Of a stretch of DNA of 64,000 nt, positions 40,643-50,613 are shown one piece after another. Position numbers and translations under genes: made by a program. A model generated the notes under the pieces. That model did not search any database and had not been told where the DNA came from. It saw only the letters and a program-made list of their open reading frames with translations. Source of the DNA: Alphaproteobacteria bacterium (lineage in GTDB: Bacteria; Pseudomonadota; Alphaproteobacteria; MPNO01; UBA830); NCBI GenBank assembly GCA_965243135.1, contig OZ251539.1, forward strand, positions 5,632,001 to 5,696,000, in the 5' to 3' direction. Numbering within the stretch: the first letter of the stretch is position 1; the number at the start of each line of letters is the position of its first letter.

Positions 40643-43375
40643 ATGCCGACCGCGCCGCCCGGTTTCCACGCGCTCGTCGCCGGTCACCGTGGGGCGGTGC
40701 TGGCGAACCCTTCGGGTGCGATCGAAAACCTGTCCGCGAAAGCCGCGCTGGAACGGCTTTCCGACGGCCCGAGGCCGCTTGTCTGCCATGCGCCCTATAC
40801 TTTCCTTCGGCTCGGCGCCGGATCGACGGCGGCGTTCGATCTGCTGGAACTGTTCGCGTTCGTCCGTCCCGCGCGGTTCTGCCGTCCCACGCCCTCCGGG
40901 ATCGCCGAGGCTCTTCTCCTGGACGAGCCGCGGGGAGCGGAACAGGAAGCGCTGTCGCTGCAGCGCGCCGCCGGAGCGTTGCTGGCCGAGCTGGCGGAAC
41001 CCGAGTTCGATCGCGAAGTCGCGGCGGAAACCGCCCGGGAAATGAGAAACTGGATTTGGACGCCGCACGTGTTGCGCGTCCTCGAAGCCGAAACGCCCTC
41101 GGTCATGGGCAGGGCGCCGGGCCTTCACGCCTGGCGGCGGATCGACGAATGGTCTGAACATGCGCCGGCCACGCAGCCGGGAAACCAGCCGGTGTCCGCG
41201 GAAGAAGCGCGCGGCCGCCTCGCCTTGCTGGTCGGCGCCAATGCCGAGGACCGCCCGCAGCAGGGCGATTACGCGTCCGCGGTCAGTCAGGCGTTTTCGG
41301 CCCGCGAGGAAATGGGCGCGCCCAGCGCGATTCTGGCCGAGGCGGGAACCGGAACCGGCAAGACCTTCGGATACGTCGCGTCCGCCAGCCTGTGGGCGGA
41401 GCGGAACCGGGGCCCGGTCTGGATCAGTACCTTCACGCGGAACCTTCAACGCCAGGTCGATCGGGAGCTCGACCGGCTTCATCCCGACCCGGACGTCAAG
41501 AGCCGCAAGGTGGTCGTTCGCAAGGGCCGCGAGAACTATCTGTGCCTGCTAAATTTCGAGGAAGCCGTTTCCAGGTCGTTGCCCCGGGACGCCGTCGCTC
41601 TGGGCTTGATGGCGCGCTGGGTCGAGGCGACCCGCGACGGCGACATGGGCGGAGGGGACTTTCCGGGATGGCTCGTCGATCTCGCGGGCTCCCGCAACAC
41701 GACCGGACTCGCCGACCGGCGCGGCGAATGCATCTATTCGTCCTGCGATCACTACCATAGCTGCTTCGTCGAAAAGGCCGTGCGACGCTCCCGGCGGGCC
41801 GACATCGTGATCGCCAATCACGCGCTCGTGCTCGCTCAGGCAGGCGCCTCGGACGACGGACAATTCCCCACCCGGCTGGTCTTCGACGAGGGGCACCATC
41901 TGTTCGACGCCGCCGACGGAGCCTTCTCGATCCGGTTGAGCGGCCGCGAAGGAGCGGAACTCCGGCGTTGGCTGCTCGGTCCGGAAGACGGCCGGCGCAC
42001 TCGCGCGCGGGGCCTGGAAAGCCGTCTCGAGCGCATCGAGGCGCTGGACGAGCGGAGCGGAGAGCATGTCGAGGAGATAAAGCTCGCCGCGCGGCTTCTG
42101 CCGGGACCGAACTGGGATCGGCGGATTTCCGACGGAAAGGGGCAGGGCGTGGCGGAAGCGTTCCTGCAGGAGGTGCGGAAGCAGGTCTACGCGCGCGCGG
42201 CGAATTCGCAATCCCCCTACGATCTCGAAACCGAAACCGCCGAACCGGTCCCCGGATTGCTCGAGGCGGCGAACGCGCTCAATGCCGCGCTCGACGGCCT
42301 GATCCTTCCCATGAAGAGCCTCGCGCAACGCTTGGCGGTCGTCCTCGACGAGAAGGCGAAAAGTCTCGACACGGCGGCGCGCAACCGGATGGAGAGCGTT
42401 TCCCGAGCGTTGCAGCGGCGCGTCGAAGACGAGTTGCAGGCTTGGAAATCCATGCTCGACGCGCTTGCGGAAGGCGCTTCCGAAGAGTTCGTCGACTGGT
42501 TCTCGGTGGCGCGCCGGCGCGGGCAGGACGTCGACGTCGCGATGCATCGGCACTTCGTCGATCCGATGCTGCCGTTCGCCAGAACGGTGCTGGAGCGGAC
42601 GCATGGAGTCGTGGTCACCTCCGCGACGTTGCGGGACAGCACGGGCGACGCGGAACTCGACTGGGAATCCGCGGAACGGCGCACCGGCGCCGTCCATCTC
42701 GAGAAATCGGCGTTCCGCGCCCAGGTTCCGTCGCCCTACGACTATCCTGCGCAGACGCGCGTCTTCGTCGTGGGAGACGTGAACAGGAACGACGCCGCCC
42801 AGGTCGCCTCGGCCTACCGCGAACTGTTCTTCGCCGCGGGCGGCGGCGGCCTTGGACTGTTCACGGCCATTGCGCGCCTCCGCGCCGTCCACAAGCTGAT
42901 CGCGCCGGCCATGGAGGACGCCGGCTACCCGTTGCTCGCGCAGCACGTCGACCGGATGGACAACGGCAGTCTGGTGGAGATTTTTCGCGCGGAGGAGCGT
43001 TCGTGCCTGCTGGGAACGGACGCGATGCGCGACGGGGTGGACGTGCCCGGCCACAGCCTGCGCCTCATCGTGTTCGAAAGGATGCCATGGCCGGTTCCGA
43101 CGATTCTGCACAAGGCCAGGCGCGCGGCGTTCGGCGGAAATAGTTACGACGACCTGGTCGTGCGGCTTCGTCTCAAGCAGGCGTTCGGGCGGCTCGTTCG
43201 GCGCGCCGCCGACGCGGGCGTATTCGTGATGCTCGACGGCAGAATGCCGTCGCGGCTGGGCGCCGCCTTTCCCGAGGGCGTCCGGATCGTTCGCGCGGGC
43301 CTCTCCGAAACGTTGGCGGAGACCCGGAAGTTTCTGGCGTCCCGGCAAAGCGGTCCCCTGGCGCCGGATTCCTGA
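40643..43375 (+). CDS. DinG-family ATP-dependent DNA helicase
   Basis: EAGTGTGKT, RKGRENYLC, ANHAL, FDEGHH, TSATL, DGVDVPG, LKQAFGRL.R. The ATG lies 6 nt after TATACT (40631-40636). Confidence 0.92.
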   Translation: MPTAPPGFHALVAGHRGAVLANPSGAIENLSAKAALERLSDGPRPLVCHAPYTFLRLGAGSTAAFDLLELFAFVRPARFCRPTPSGIAEALLLDEPRGAEQEALSLQRAAGALLAELAEPEFDREVAAETAREMRNWIWTPHVLRVLEAETPSVMGRAPGLHAWRRIDEWSEHAPATQPGNQPVSAEEARGRLALLVGANAEDRPQQGDYASAVSQAFSAREEMGAPSAILAEAGTGTGKTFGYVASASLWAERNRGPVWISTFTRNLQRQVDRELDRLHPDPDVKSRKVVVRKGRENYLCLLNFEEAVSRSLPRDAVALGLMARWVEATRDGDMGGGDFPGWLVDLAGSRNTTGLADRRGECIYSSCDHYHSCFVEKAVRRSRRADIVIANHALVLAQAGASDDGQFPTRLVFDEGHHLFDAADGAFSIRLSGREGAELRRWLLGPEDGRRTRARGLESRLERIEALDERSGEHVEEIKLAARLLPGPNWDRRISDGKGQGVAEAFLQEVRKQVYARAANSQSPYDLETETAEPVPGLLEAANALNAALDGLILPMKSLAQRLAVVLDEKAKSLDTAARNRMESVSRALQRRVEDELQAWKSMLDALAEGASEEFVDWFSVARRRGQDVDVAMHRHFVDPMLPFARTVLERTHGVVVTSATLRDSTGDAELDWESAERRTGAVHLEKSAFRAQVPSPYDYPAQTRVFVVGDVNRNDAAQVASAYRELFFAAGGGGLGLFTAIARLRAVHKLIAPAMEDAGYPLLAQHVDRMDNGSLVEIFRAEERSCLLGTDAMRDGVDVPGHSLRLIVFERMPWPVPTILHKARRAAFGGNSYDDLVVRLRLKQAFGRLVRRAADAGVFVMLDGRMPSRLGAAFPEGVRIVRAGLSETLAETRKFLASRQSGPLAPDS

Positions 43376-43436
43376 AGCGGCGCCTTTCCCGCGGCCGCGC
43401 AGAAAGCCGCGGCCGGCGCGGGTTTTTCGCTCGCGT

Positions 43437-44201
43437 TCACGTCATGCCGAGACGGGCGTAGACGCGGCGGGCGTACGTCCCGAAATTTTCGTGAGTCTTC
43501 ATTTCGAGCGCGCGGGGATAGGGCAGGTCGACGACGAAGTCGTCGGCCATGCGCGCCGGACCGGCGGTCAGCACGACGACGCGGCTCGCGAGGAACACGG
43601 CTTCCTGGATGCCGTGGGTGACGAACACGATGGTCTTGCGGCTTTCCGCCCATATCCGCAGCAGTTCCCGGTTCATGTTTTCGCGGGTCAGCGCGTCGAG
43701 CGCCCCGAACGGTTCGTCCATCAGCACGATTTTGGGATCGTGAATCAGGGAGCGGGCGATCGACGCGCGCTGCTGCATGCCGCCCGACAGTTCGTGCGGA
43801 TAGCTGTCCGCGAAATCGGCCAGCCCGACGAGGTCGAGCAGGCCGCGAGCGCGGTCGCGGGCTTCGCCGCGGGGCAGCCCGAGAATTTCGGCGGGCAGCA
43901 GCACGTTTTCGATCACGCGGCGCCACTTGAGCAGCAGAGGCTGCTGGAAGACCATGCCGACGTCGCGCGCAGGGTCGAAAGGGGCCTCGTCGTTGCCGAT
44001 TTCGACCGTTCCGCCGTCGTGGTCGTAGAGGCCGGCGAGAATCTTCAGCACCGTCGTCTTGCCGCAGCCCGAGGGGCCGACCAGGGAAACCAGCTCGCCT
44101 TCGCCGACGTCGAAACTGACGTCGGAGACCGCAAGGAAGTCGCCGCTCCGCCCGCGGTAGGTCTTGCGAACTCCGGACAGGCGTATGAACGGCGCCGTCA
44201 C
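43437..44201 (-). CDS. NitT/TauT-family ABC transporter ATP-binding protein
   Basis: GPSGCGKT, LSGGMQQR, LMDEPFGALD. Confidence 0.92.
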   Translation of the reverse strand: MTAPFIRLSGVRKTYRGRSGDFLAVSDVSFDVGEGELVSLVGPSGCGKTTVLKILAGLYDHDGGTVEIGNDEAPFDPARDVGMVFQQPLLLKWRRVIENVLLPAEILGLPRGEARDRARGLLDLVGLADFADSYPHELSGGMQQRASIARSLIHDPKIVLMDEPFGALDALTRENMNRELLRIWAESRKTIVFVTHGIQEAVFLASRVVVLTAGPARMADDFVVDLPYPRALEMKTHENFGTYARRVYARLGMT

Positions 44202-44962
44202 GACGGATCCATCCGCGAATCGCGCGGCACCGCGACGCGCTCGAGAACGAGCACCAATCCGTAGAGCGTCGTCCCGACGAAGGTGATGAGCAGCACCGCC
44301 ATGAACATCGCGGCCGTGTCGAGTTCGACTTGCCGCTGGGTCATCAGGTAGCCGAGACCCTCTTCCGAGGCGATGAATTCGCCGACCACCGCGCCCGCCA
44401 CGGCGAGCACGACGGCGACCTTCATTCCGGAGAATACGTAAGGCAACGAGCCGGGCAGCTGGATCTTGAGGAAGATCTGCCAGCGCGTCGCGCGCAGCGT
44501 GCGCACGAGATCGATCAGATCCGGCTCCACCTCCTTCAACCCGCGCGCCGTGGTGATGAGGATCGGCAGGAAGCTGATCGAAAAGGCCATCAGGACGTTG
44601 GATCCGAGCCCGTAGGAAAACCAGACGATGAAGATCGGACCCAAGGCCACCTTCGGAATCATGTTGATGCTGACCATCAGCGGCATCAGGGCGGCGTCGA
44701 GAACGCGCGACCAGGAAAACAGCAGCGCCATGACGACGCCGAACGCGACCGCCAGGAAGTAGCCGCCGAAGATTTCCGCGGCCGTGAACGCGGTGTTGTG
44801 AAACCAGGCGTTGTCGTCGAGCAGGGTGCGAACGGTCGCGACCGGACTCGGCATGATGTAGGGCTCGACCTCGCCCAGCTGCACGAACGCCTGCCAGACG
44901 CCGATCAGCCCGGCGTGGGAGAGAACGGCGATCGCGTAGCGCCGGAAGGATCCCGGATTCAT
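44198..44962 (-). CDS. NitT/TauT-family ABC transporter permease
   Basis: IPKVALGP, KIQLP.SLPY.FSG.K, GAVVGEF, GLGY. Confidence 0.92.
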   Translation of the reverse strand: MNPGSFRRYAIAVLSHAGLIGVWQAFVQLGEVEPYIMPSPVATVRTLLDDNAWFHNTAFTAAEIFGGYFLAVAFGVVMALLFSWSRVLDAALMPLMVSINMIPKVALGPIFIVWFSYGLGSNVLMAFSISFLPILITTARGLKEVEPDLIDLVRTLRATRWQIFLKIQLPGSLPYVFSGMKVAVVLAVAGAVVGEFIASEEGLGYLMTQRQVELDTAAMFMAVLLITFVGTTLYGLVLVLERVAVPRDSRMDPS

Positions 44963-46023
44963 TCGAAAAGCCAGCGTTCGAGGTTTGCGCCGACGAAGGC
45001 GTCGTCCGTCATTTCAGGATAGCACGCGGCGACGCGGGCGATCGCGTCGGCCTGGCCGGGGCTGAGGGTTTCTTCGGGATCGAGGCACCAGACGCCTTCC
45101 AGCAGCCCCTGGCGGCGCAGCACCTCGTGGCAGCCCGGGATGCAGCCGGCGAAACCGTTGGCGGCGTCGAATATCGCCCGGTTGCAGTCCGTCAGCCGGG
45201 CCGCGTCCGCGAGCAGTTCGGCCGGGACGGCGCCGGAGGCGGTCGCCTCGCGGACGCGCGCGAGCGTTTCCACCGCCTTCGAGGTCCAGACGCTCCACTG
45301 TCCGAGAAGGCCGCCGCGGATGCGCAGGCAGGCGGCTCCGCCGTCGCCGGCGACGGTCAACGGCGCCAGCAGGTCGAGGAGGATGTGATCGTCGTTTCCC
45401 GTGTAGAGCGTTATCCGCTCTTCCGCTCCCGCCGCGGCGACGCCGGCCGCGACTTCGAGCGTCCGGTATCGATCGAACGGCGCGATCTTGATCGCGAGCA
45501 CGTTGTCGATCTCCGCGAAGCGCTTCCAAAACGCTTCGCCGAGCCGAATGCCGCCCGCGGCGGGCTGAAGGTAGAACCCGACCAGCGGGATCTCGGCCGC
45601 CACCGCGGCGCAATGCCCAACGAGTTCGTCCTCGGACGCGCCCCGCATCGCGGAGAGGCTGAGCAGCCCGGCGTGATAGCCGAGCGAGAGCGCGGCGCGC
45701 GCTTCCGCCAGCGCCTGATCCGTGCGGCCGCACAGGCCGGCGATCATCGCCACTTCCCTGGCCGTCCAGTGCGCCGCGGCGTTCGCCGCGCTTTCCAGCA
45801 CGGCCGTATACAATCCGGCCTCGCGGATGGCGAACTGCGTCGCGTGCACGCCGACGGCAAGCCCGCCGACGCCGGAATCCAGGTAGTAGCGGGTCAGCGC
45901 GCGCTGGCGGCGAGGGTCGAAACGGCGGTCGGCGTCGAGGGCGAGCGGATGCGCCGGAATTACCGCCCCTTCGGCGACGGCGGAGCGCACGCCGGGAGCG
46001 AGCCGGTTCAGGTGGAGCGCCAT
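44959..46023 (-). CDS. Dihydrodipicolinate synthase (class I aldolase/dehydratase) family protein
   Basis: VIPAHPLAL, GLAVGVH.TQF, GFYLQP, AIKIAPF, YTGNDD. Confidence 0.85.
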   Translation of the reverse strand: MALHLNRLAPGVRSAVAEGAVIPAHPLALDADRRFDPRRQRALTRYYLDSGVGGLAVGVHATQFAIREAGLYTAVLESAANAAAHWTAREVAMIAGLCGRTDQALAEARAALSLGYHAGLLSLSAMRGASEDELVGHCAAVAAEIPLVGFYLQPAAGGIRLGEAFWKRFAEIDNVLAIKIAPFDRYRTLEVAAGVAAAGAEERITLYTGNDDHILLDLLAPLTVAGDGGAACLRIRGGLLGQWSVWTSKAVETLARVREATASGAVPAELLADAARLTDCNRAIFDAANGFAGCIPGCHEVLRRQGLLEGVWCLDPEETLSPGQADAIARVAACYPEMTDDAFVGANLERWLFE

Positions 46024-46143
46024 GACCTGGAAGCGTCCGTTGACGAAGCAGCCTGAAGGACCATACGATATTCGCGTTTCCGCGCCGAGAGACGCAAACA
46101 TAAACGAGACGCGCGGGCGCACCAAACCGGGAGGCAAGGCATC

Positions 46144-47127
46144 ATGAAACGCATTCTTTTGGCCGCGTTCGCGGCGGTCGTTTGGCAGGTTCCGCTCCAT
46201 GCGGCGGAAAAGGTCGACTTCATCCTCAACTGGGTCGCCGGCGGCGACCATGCGCCCATCTACAGGGCGAAGGCCGACGGGCGCTACGCGAAGGCCGGGA
46301 TCGACCTCACGATCTCGCAGGGCAAGGGCTCCACGTTGTCGTCGCAGCGCGTCGGACTTGGCAAGAACCAGCTCGGGATCGCCGATCTCGGCACGGCGCT
46401 GGTCGCCAAGGGGGCGGGCGCCGATCTCGTCGCCGTCATGAACATCTACGCGAATTCGCCCTACGGCATGTACTGGTTGAAGAGTTCCGGCATCAAGGGC
46501 GTGAAGGACTTCGCCGGCAAGAAGATCGGCAATCCGCCGTGGGACGCGGCGCGCAAGATGTGGCCGGCCCTGGCCAAGGCGGTCGGCGTGGATCCGAAAT
46601 CCGTCCGCTGGGTGAACGTCGACCCCAACGCCAAGATCGCGGCGCTGAAGTCGGGCAGCATCGACGTGACGACGTCCTTCTACAACATTCACTTCATTTT
46701 CCAGGGCGTGCTGGGCGACGACATGGGCTTCCTTCCCTGGCGCGACCACGGCATCAACCCCTACGGCAATTCGATCGTCGCGAACGGCAAGTACCTCGCC
46801 GACAATCGGGACGCGGTCGAGAAATTCGTCCGCGTCACGCAGAAGGCCTACGCCGAATGCGCCGTCGAGCCCGCGCCCTGCATCGCCGCGCTGGTCGAGG
46901 CCAATTCGGGGCTCAAGGCCGATACGTCGATGAAGAACTGGAAGCTCGTCGAGGAGTTGATGAGCGACGAGGTCTCGCGCGGCAAGGCGCTCGGTTATTT
47001 CGATCCGGGGCGCATGACGAGCGATTACGAAATGGTCGAGACCTATTTCGCGCTCAAGGAGCCGTTCGAAATCGGGACCGCGTACACGAACGCGTTTCTC
47101 GACATGAGCGTCAAGATGCCGAAATAG
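46144..47127 (+). CDS. NMT1/THI5-like ABC substrate-binding protein
   Basis: Signal peptide, LNW.....HAP.Y.A...G.Y...GID, G.GS, YTN.FL. Confidence 0.88.
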   Translation: MKRILLAAFAAVVWQVPLHAAEKVDFILNWVAGGDHAPIYRAKADGRYAKAGIDLTISQGKGSTLSSQRVGLGKNQLGIADLGTALVAKGAGADLVAVMNIYANSPYGMYWLKSSGIKGVKDFAGKKIGNPPWDAARKMWPALAKAVGVDPKSVRWVNVDPNAKIAALKSGSIDVTTSFYNIHFIFQGVLGDDMGFLPWRDHGINPYGNSIVANGKYLADNRDAVEKFVRVTQKAYAECAVEPAPCIAALVEANSGLKADTSMKNWKLVEELMSDEVSRGKALGYFDPGRMTSDYEMVETYFALKEPFEIGTAYTNAFLDMSVKMPK

Positions 47128-47139
47128 CGCCCGGCGGCC

Positions 47140-48165
47140 ATGGGGGATCGGCCGCGGCGCTTCGCCGACGCGGAGGCGCTCGAAGACTTCATGACGGCGC
47201 CGCGGCCGGAACTGCCGCGCGACCTCGCGGCCGCGCCGGGGGACATTCTCGTTCTCGGAGCGGGCGGCAAGATGGGGCCGACGCTGGCCCGCCTCGCGAA
47301 GCGCGCGGCGCCGGACAGGCGCGTCGTCGCGGTCTCGCGCTTTTCCGAACCGAAGCTGCGCGAGTCGCTCGAAGGTCACGGCGTCGAAACGATCGCATGC
47401 GACCTGCTCGATCGCGGGGCGGTCGAGGCGCTGCCGCGGTTGGCCAACGTGATTTTCATGGCGGGCCGCAAGTTCGGCGCGAGCGGCGACCTGCCCTTGA
47501 CGTGGGCGATGAACGCCCACGTTCCGGCGATCGTCGCCGAGACGTTTCGCGAAAGCCGGATCGTCGCGTTCTCCACCGGCAACGTCTACCCGCACGTGCC
47601 TGTCGCCGGCGGCGGCGCGCGGGAGGACACGCCGCCTTGCGGGATCGGCGAATACGCGCAGTCATGTCTCGGTCGCGAGCGCCTTTTCTCGTATTTTTCG
47701 CAGCGGTTCGGAACCCCGGGACGGCTGATCCGGCTCAACTACGCGATCGATCTCCGTTACGGCGTTCTCCACGACATCGCCGTCAAGGTGGCGGAAGGAG
47801 CGCCGATCGACCTGACCGCCGGCCACGTGAACGTCATCTGGCAGGGCGACGCGAACAGCCACGCCCTTCGCGCGTTGCGTCATTGCACGGTTCCCGCGAC
47901 CCCGCTCAACGTCACCGGACCGGAAACCGCGAGCGTGCGGACGATCGCGAGCGCGATGGCGGAACGGCTCGGCCGCGAGCCCCGCTTCGCGGGCGTCGAG
48001 GCGGCGCGGGGATGGCTGAACGACGCCGGCGAGGCCGCGCGCCTGTTCGGCTCCCCGAGCGTGCGACTGTCGACGATGATCGAGTGGGTCGCGGACTGGG
48101 TGGCTTCAGGCGGCGAATCCCTGGGCAAGCCGACGGCGTACGAGGTTCGGGACGGGTCGTTCTGA
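47140..48165 (+). CDS. NAD-dependent epimerase/dehydratase family protein
   Basis: LGAGGKMG, MAGRKFG, FSTGNVY, Y.QSCLGRE. Confidence 0.88.
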   Translation: MGDRPRRFADAEALEDFMTAPRPELPRDLAAAPGDILVLGAGGKMGPTLARLAKRAAPDRRVVAVSRFSEPKLRESLEGHGVETIACDLLDRGAVEALPRLANVIFMAGRKFGASGDLPLTWAMNAHVPAIVAETFRESRIVAFSTGNVYPHVPVAGGGAREDTPPCGIGEYAQSCLGRERLFSYFSQRFGTPGRLIRLNYAIDLRYGVLHDIAVKVAEGAPIDLTAGHVNVIWQGDANSHALRALRHCTVPATPLNVTGPETASVRTIASAMAERLGREPRFAGVEAARGWLNDAGEAARLFGSPSVRLSTMIEWVADWVASGGESLGKPTAYEVRDGSF

Positions 48166-48203
48166 CGGGCCGGCGCCGCGGGCGGAAGGGACGGCCGGCC
48201 GGT

Positions 48204-49925
48204 TCACGGAACGGCGACCGCGCTTTCCGCCGTCTGCGCGATCGCGTCGAGCTTTTCCCGGATTTCCGAATCCATTTCGTTCTCCGGGACGTGCCAGGCG
48301 AGCTCGTAGAAGTTCTTCTTGTTCATGAGGTTCGGCAGGCCGAGCTCCCGAAAGTACGCGGCGAACAGCGGAGCAAGGAAGTCGTCGCTCACCTTGGCGT
48401 CCGCTCCCCATGGCGATCCCCTGCCCAGGGTTTCCATCGCTTTTTCGATTTCGCCGACCGCTTTGTCCATTGCCCGCGATCGCCTGCCCGTTTCGGCCGC
48501 CGTGAACAACGGCATCGGTTCGTCGTCCGCTGCGGATGCGCGCGCATAGGCGTTCAACGCCGCCCGCGTGCAGAAATAGTTTTCGATTTCCCGTTTTCTC
48601 CAGATCAGGCGGCGGAGCGGTCCGTCTTCCTCAGCCCGGTTTTCCAGTCGATCGAACAAGGCCACGCCCTTGAGGTCTGGCAATGCTTCCCTGAGGCCGT
48701 AGTAATGCCTTTCCGCTTCGCTCGGCCGGTTTCCGACGTAATGCACGAAGGGGCGTTCGAGCGCCCGCATTGCCCCCTCATGGCCGAGACGCTCGGCGAA
48801 CGCCTGCAATATGGCGAGGTCGGTCGATCCCTCAAGGTAGAGCACCCATCCGTTCTGTTCCGCCTGATAATACTGGTCGGCTTCCGCGAGCGCCTTGCGC
48901 ACCTGGCTGGTTCCGCCCCTGATTGGGTGCGGTGCGCCGACGAAAGCGACGACGAGATCCCTTTCGGCCGCTTCGTTCAGGAGCACCTCGGAGTGACTCG
49001 CCGCGACGATCTGGCTTCCCTGTTCCGCGGCTACCTCCGTCAGCAGTCCGTAAGTCTGGCGCTGGCGCAGGATCTCAAGATGCGCATCCGGCTCGTCGAG
49101 GAGCACGACCGCGCCGCGATTGGCGTACATGTACGCCAGAAGCAGCAGCGTTTGTTGCAGCCCCCGTCCGCTCGAAGAGATATCGAGCGTGATTCCGTTT
49201 TCCTGGTAGGTCATCTCGATTTCGCCCCGTTCCTCCACGTAGCGGGGCTCGTCGAGCTTGGCGCCGAAGAGGGATTCCGTCCGATCGGCGAGGAGTTTCC
49301 ATCGTTCTCCGCTTTCTTTCAGAACTCGGTAGCAGAGGTTGCGCAGCACGTCCGCCGTTCGGCCCTCGCCGATCCTGACGTTGACCGCGCCGGGGTCCAG
49401 CCGCGTTTCCGCCGCCGCAAGGCCCGACATGGGAGGGAGGAAGGTGATTCGGGCCGACCGGGCCGCATCCGGAATCGGCATGCGTTCTCCGTTTTCGCCG
49501 TTTCTCAGCGGTCGGCAGTAGAACGATTCCTCGTTCGCGTAGTCGAACTCCAGTCCGCAGGCCCACGCGGCGTCGGCGGAAACTCCCTCGACGATCACGT
49601 CGATCCTGACGTTGGTCGTCCGCTGCCGGCCTCCGTCCGCGCGCACGTCGCGCGTGCGCAGTCCGCGCCAGAGAAAGGCGGCGCTCGGAACGGGAATCGC
49701 CAGGACATCCTTGCGGTTGACGGTAACGCCGGGACGCTTCTCCGGCGTGGATTTTCCGGAGCGCTTCTCGTTCCAGCGTCTCAGGCCCGTGTCCCAGAGG
49801 GCCAGCGCCTGCATGGCGGAAGTCTTGCCGGAGTTGTTCGGACCGATGAAGACCACCGGATTTCCGAGCTCGATATCGACGCTCTCGAAGCGCTTGAAAT
49901 TCCGGATGATCAATCTGGTCAGCAT
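48204..49925 (-). CDS. ABC ATPase-TOPRIM fusion (OLD/PARIS-like candidate defence nuclease)
   Basis: IRNFKRF, GPNNSGKT, SSGRG, LLDEPD.HL, ASHS, and C-terminal LYLEGSTD and REIENYF. Confidence 0.8.
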   Translation of the reverse strand: MLTRLIIRNFKRFESVDIELGNPVVFIGPNNSGKTSAMQALALWDTGLRRWNEKRSGKSTPEKRPGVTVNRKDVLAIPVPSAAFLWRGLRTRDVRADGGRQRTTNVRIDVIVEGVSADAAWACGLEFDYANEESFYCRPLRNGENGERMPIPDAARSARITFLPPMSGLAAAETRLDPGAVNVRIGEGRTADVLRNLCYRVLKESGERWKLLADRTESLFGAKLDEPRYVEERGEIEMTYQENGITLDISSSGRGLQQTLLLLAYMYANRGAVVLLDEPDAHLEILRQRQTYGLLTEVAAEQGSQIVAASHSEVLLNEAAERDLVVAFVGAPHPIRGGTSQVRKALAEADQYYQAEQNGWVLYLEGSTDLAILQAFAERLGHEGAMRALERPFVHYVGNRPSEAERHYYGLREALPDLKGVALFDRLENRAEEDGPLRRLIWRKREIENYFCTRAALNAYARASAADDEPMPLFTAAETGRRSRAMDKAVGEIEKAMETLGRGSPWGADAKVSDDFLAPLFAAYFRELGLPNLMNKKNFYELAWHVPENEMDSEIREKLDAIAQTAESAVAVP

Positions 49926-50299
49926 CGGCGCTTTCCACTCTTCCGGTTCCTGGCGGCGGAGGGCGCCATTTTCGAAGCGGCGCCGAAAGGGACAGTCGGC
50001 CGGACGGCCTCCTTCGGCGCCGCGGGAGCAGAAGATACACTTGGCGCACGGCGATCGCCACGAACGGGGCGGAACCGGAAAAACGCTTGCGGAAACCATC
50101 GTTCGCCGCGCCGGCCAGGCCGGAGCGTTCGGAATCATCCGTTTCCAGGCTGTGCCCAAGGTGATTCCACGCTGACTCTGCGTTGCATTTCGGGGTTTCC
50201 GGTTGCCTCCGGCTTTCGCGAGCCGCTTCGGTTACTTCCAAGCCATGGTTTCGAACGAGCCTTGGACATGGAGGACCTTTCGGCGGCGGAAGCCCGCAC

Positions 50300-50375
50300 G
50301 CTCGGCCGCGCGACCGGGACGCTCTCGTTCTACGGAACCGTTGCCCGGCGTTCAGGCGTTTCGCCGCTTGGTCGT
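50300..50375 (+). repeat. Dispersed repeat, homologous (inverted) to about 58655-58720
   Basis: gacgctctcgttctacggaaccg...ttcaggcgtttcgccgcttg matches the reverse complement of caagcggcgaaacgcctgaa...cggttccgtcgaacgggagcgtc. Confidence 0.7.
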
Positions 50376-50613
50376 CGCGCGCGCCGGAAGGACTTCCGTC
50401 GCCGAACCGGCTACAGGTGCTTGATGGCGGCGAGGCCTGCCACGACGATCATCGTCGTCCTGGTTTCGAGGCGCGCGATATTGGCTCCTTGGCGAGGGCG
50501 TCGATCTTGCCGTCGAGGCTCGCGAACATGGTCAAGTGCGAGCGGAGTACAGCAGGATTTTCGCGGAGCGAAAGGCTCGCTCGCACCCGCGCGCTTTTCC
50601 CCGCCGGCCACCG

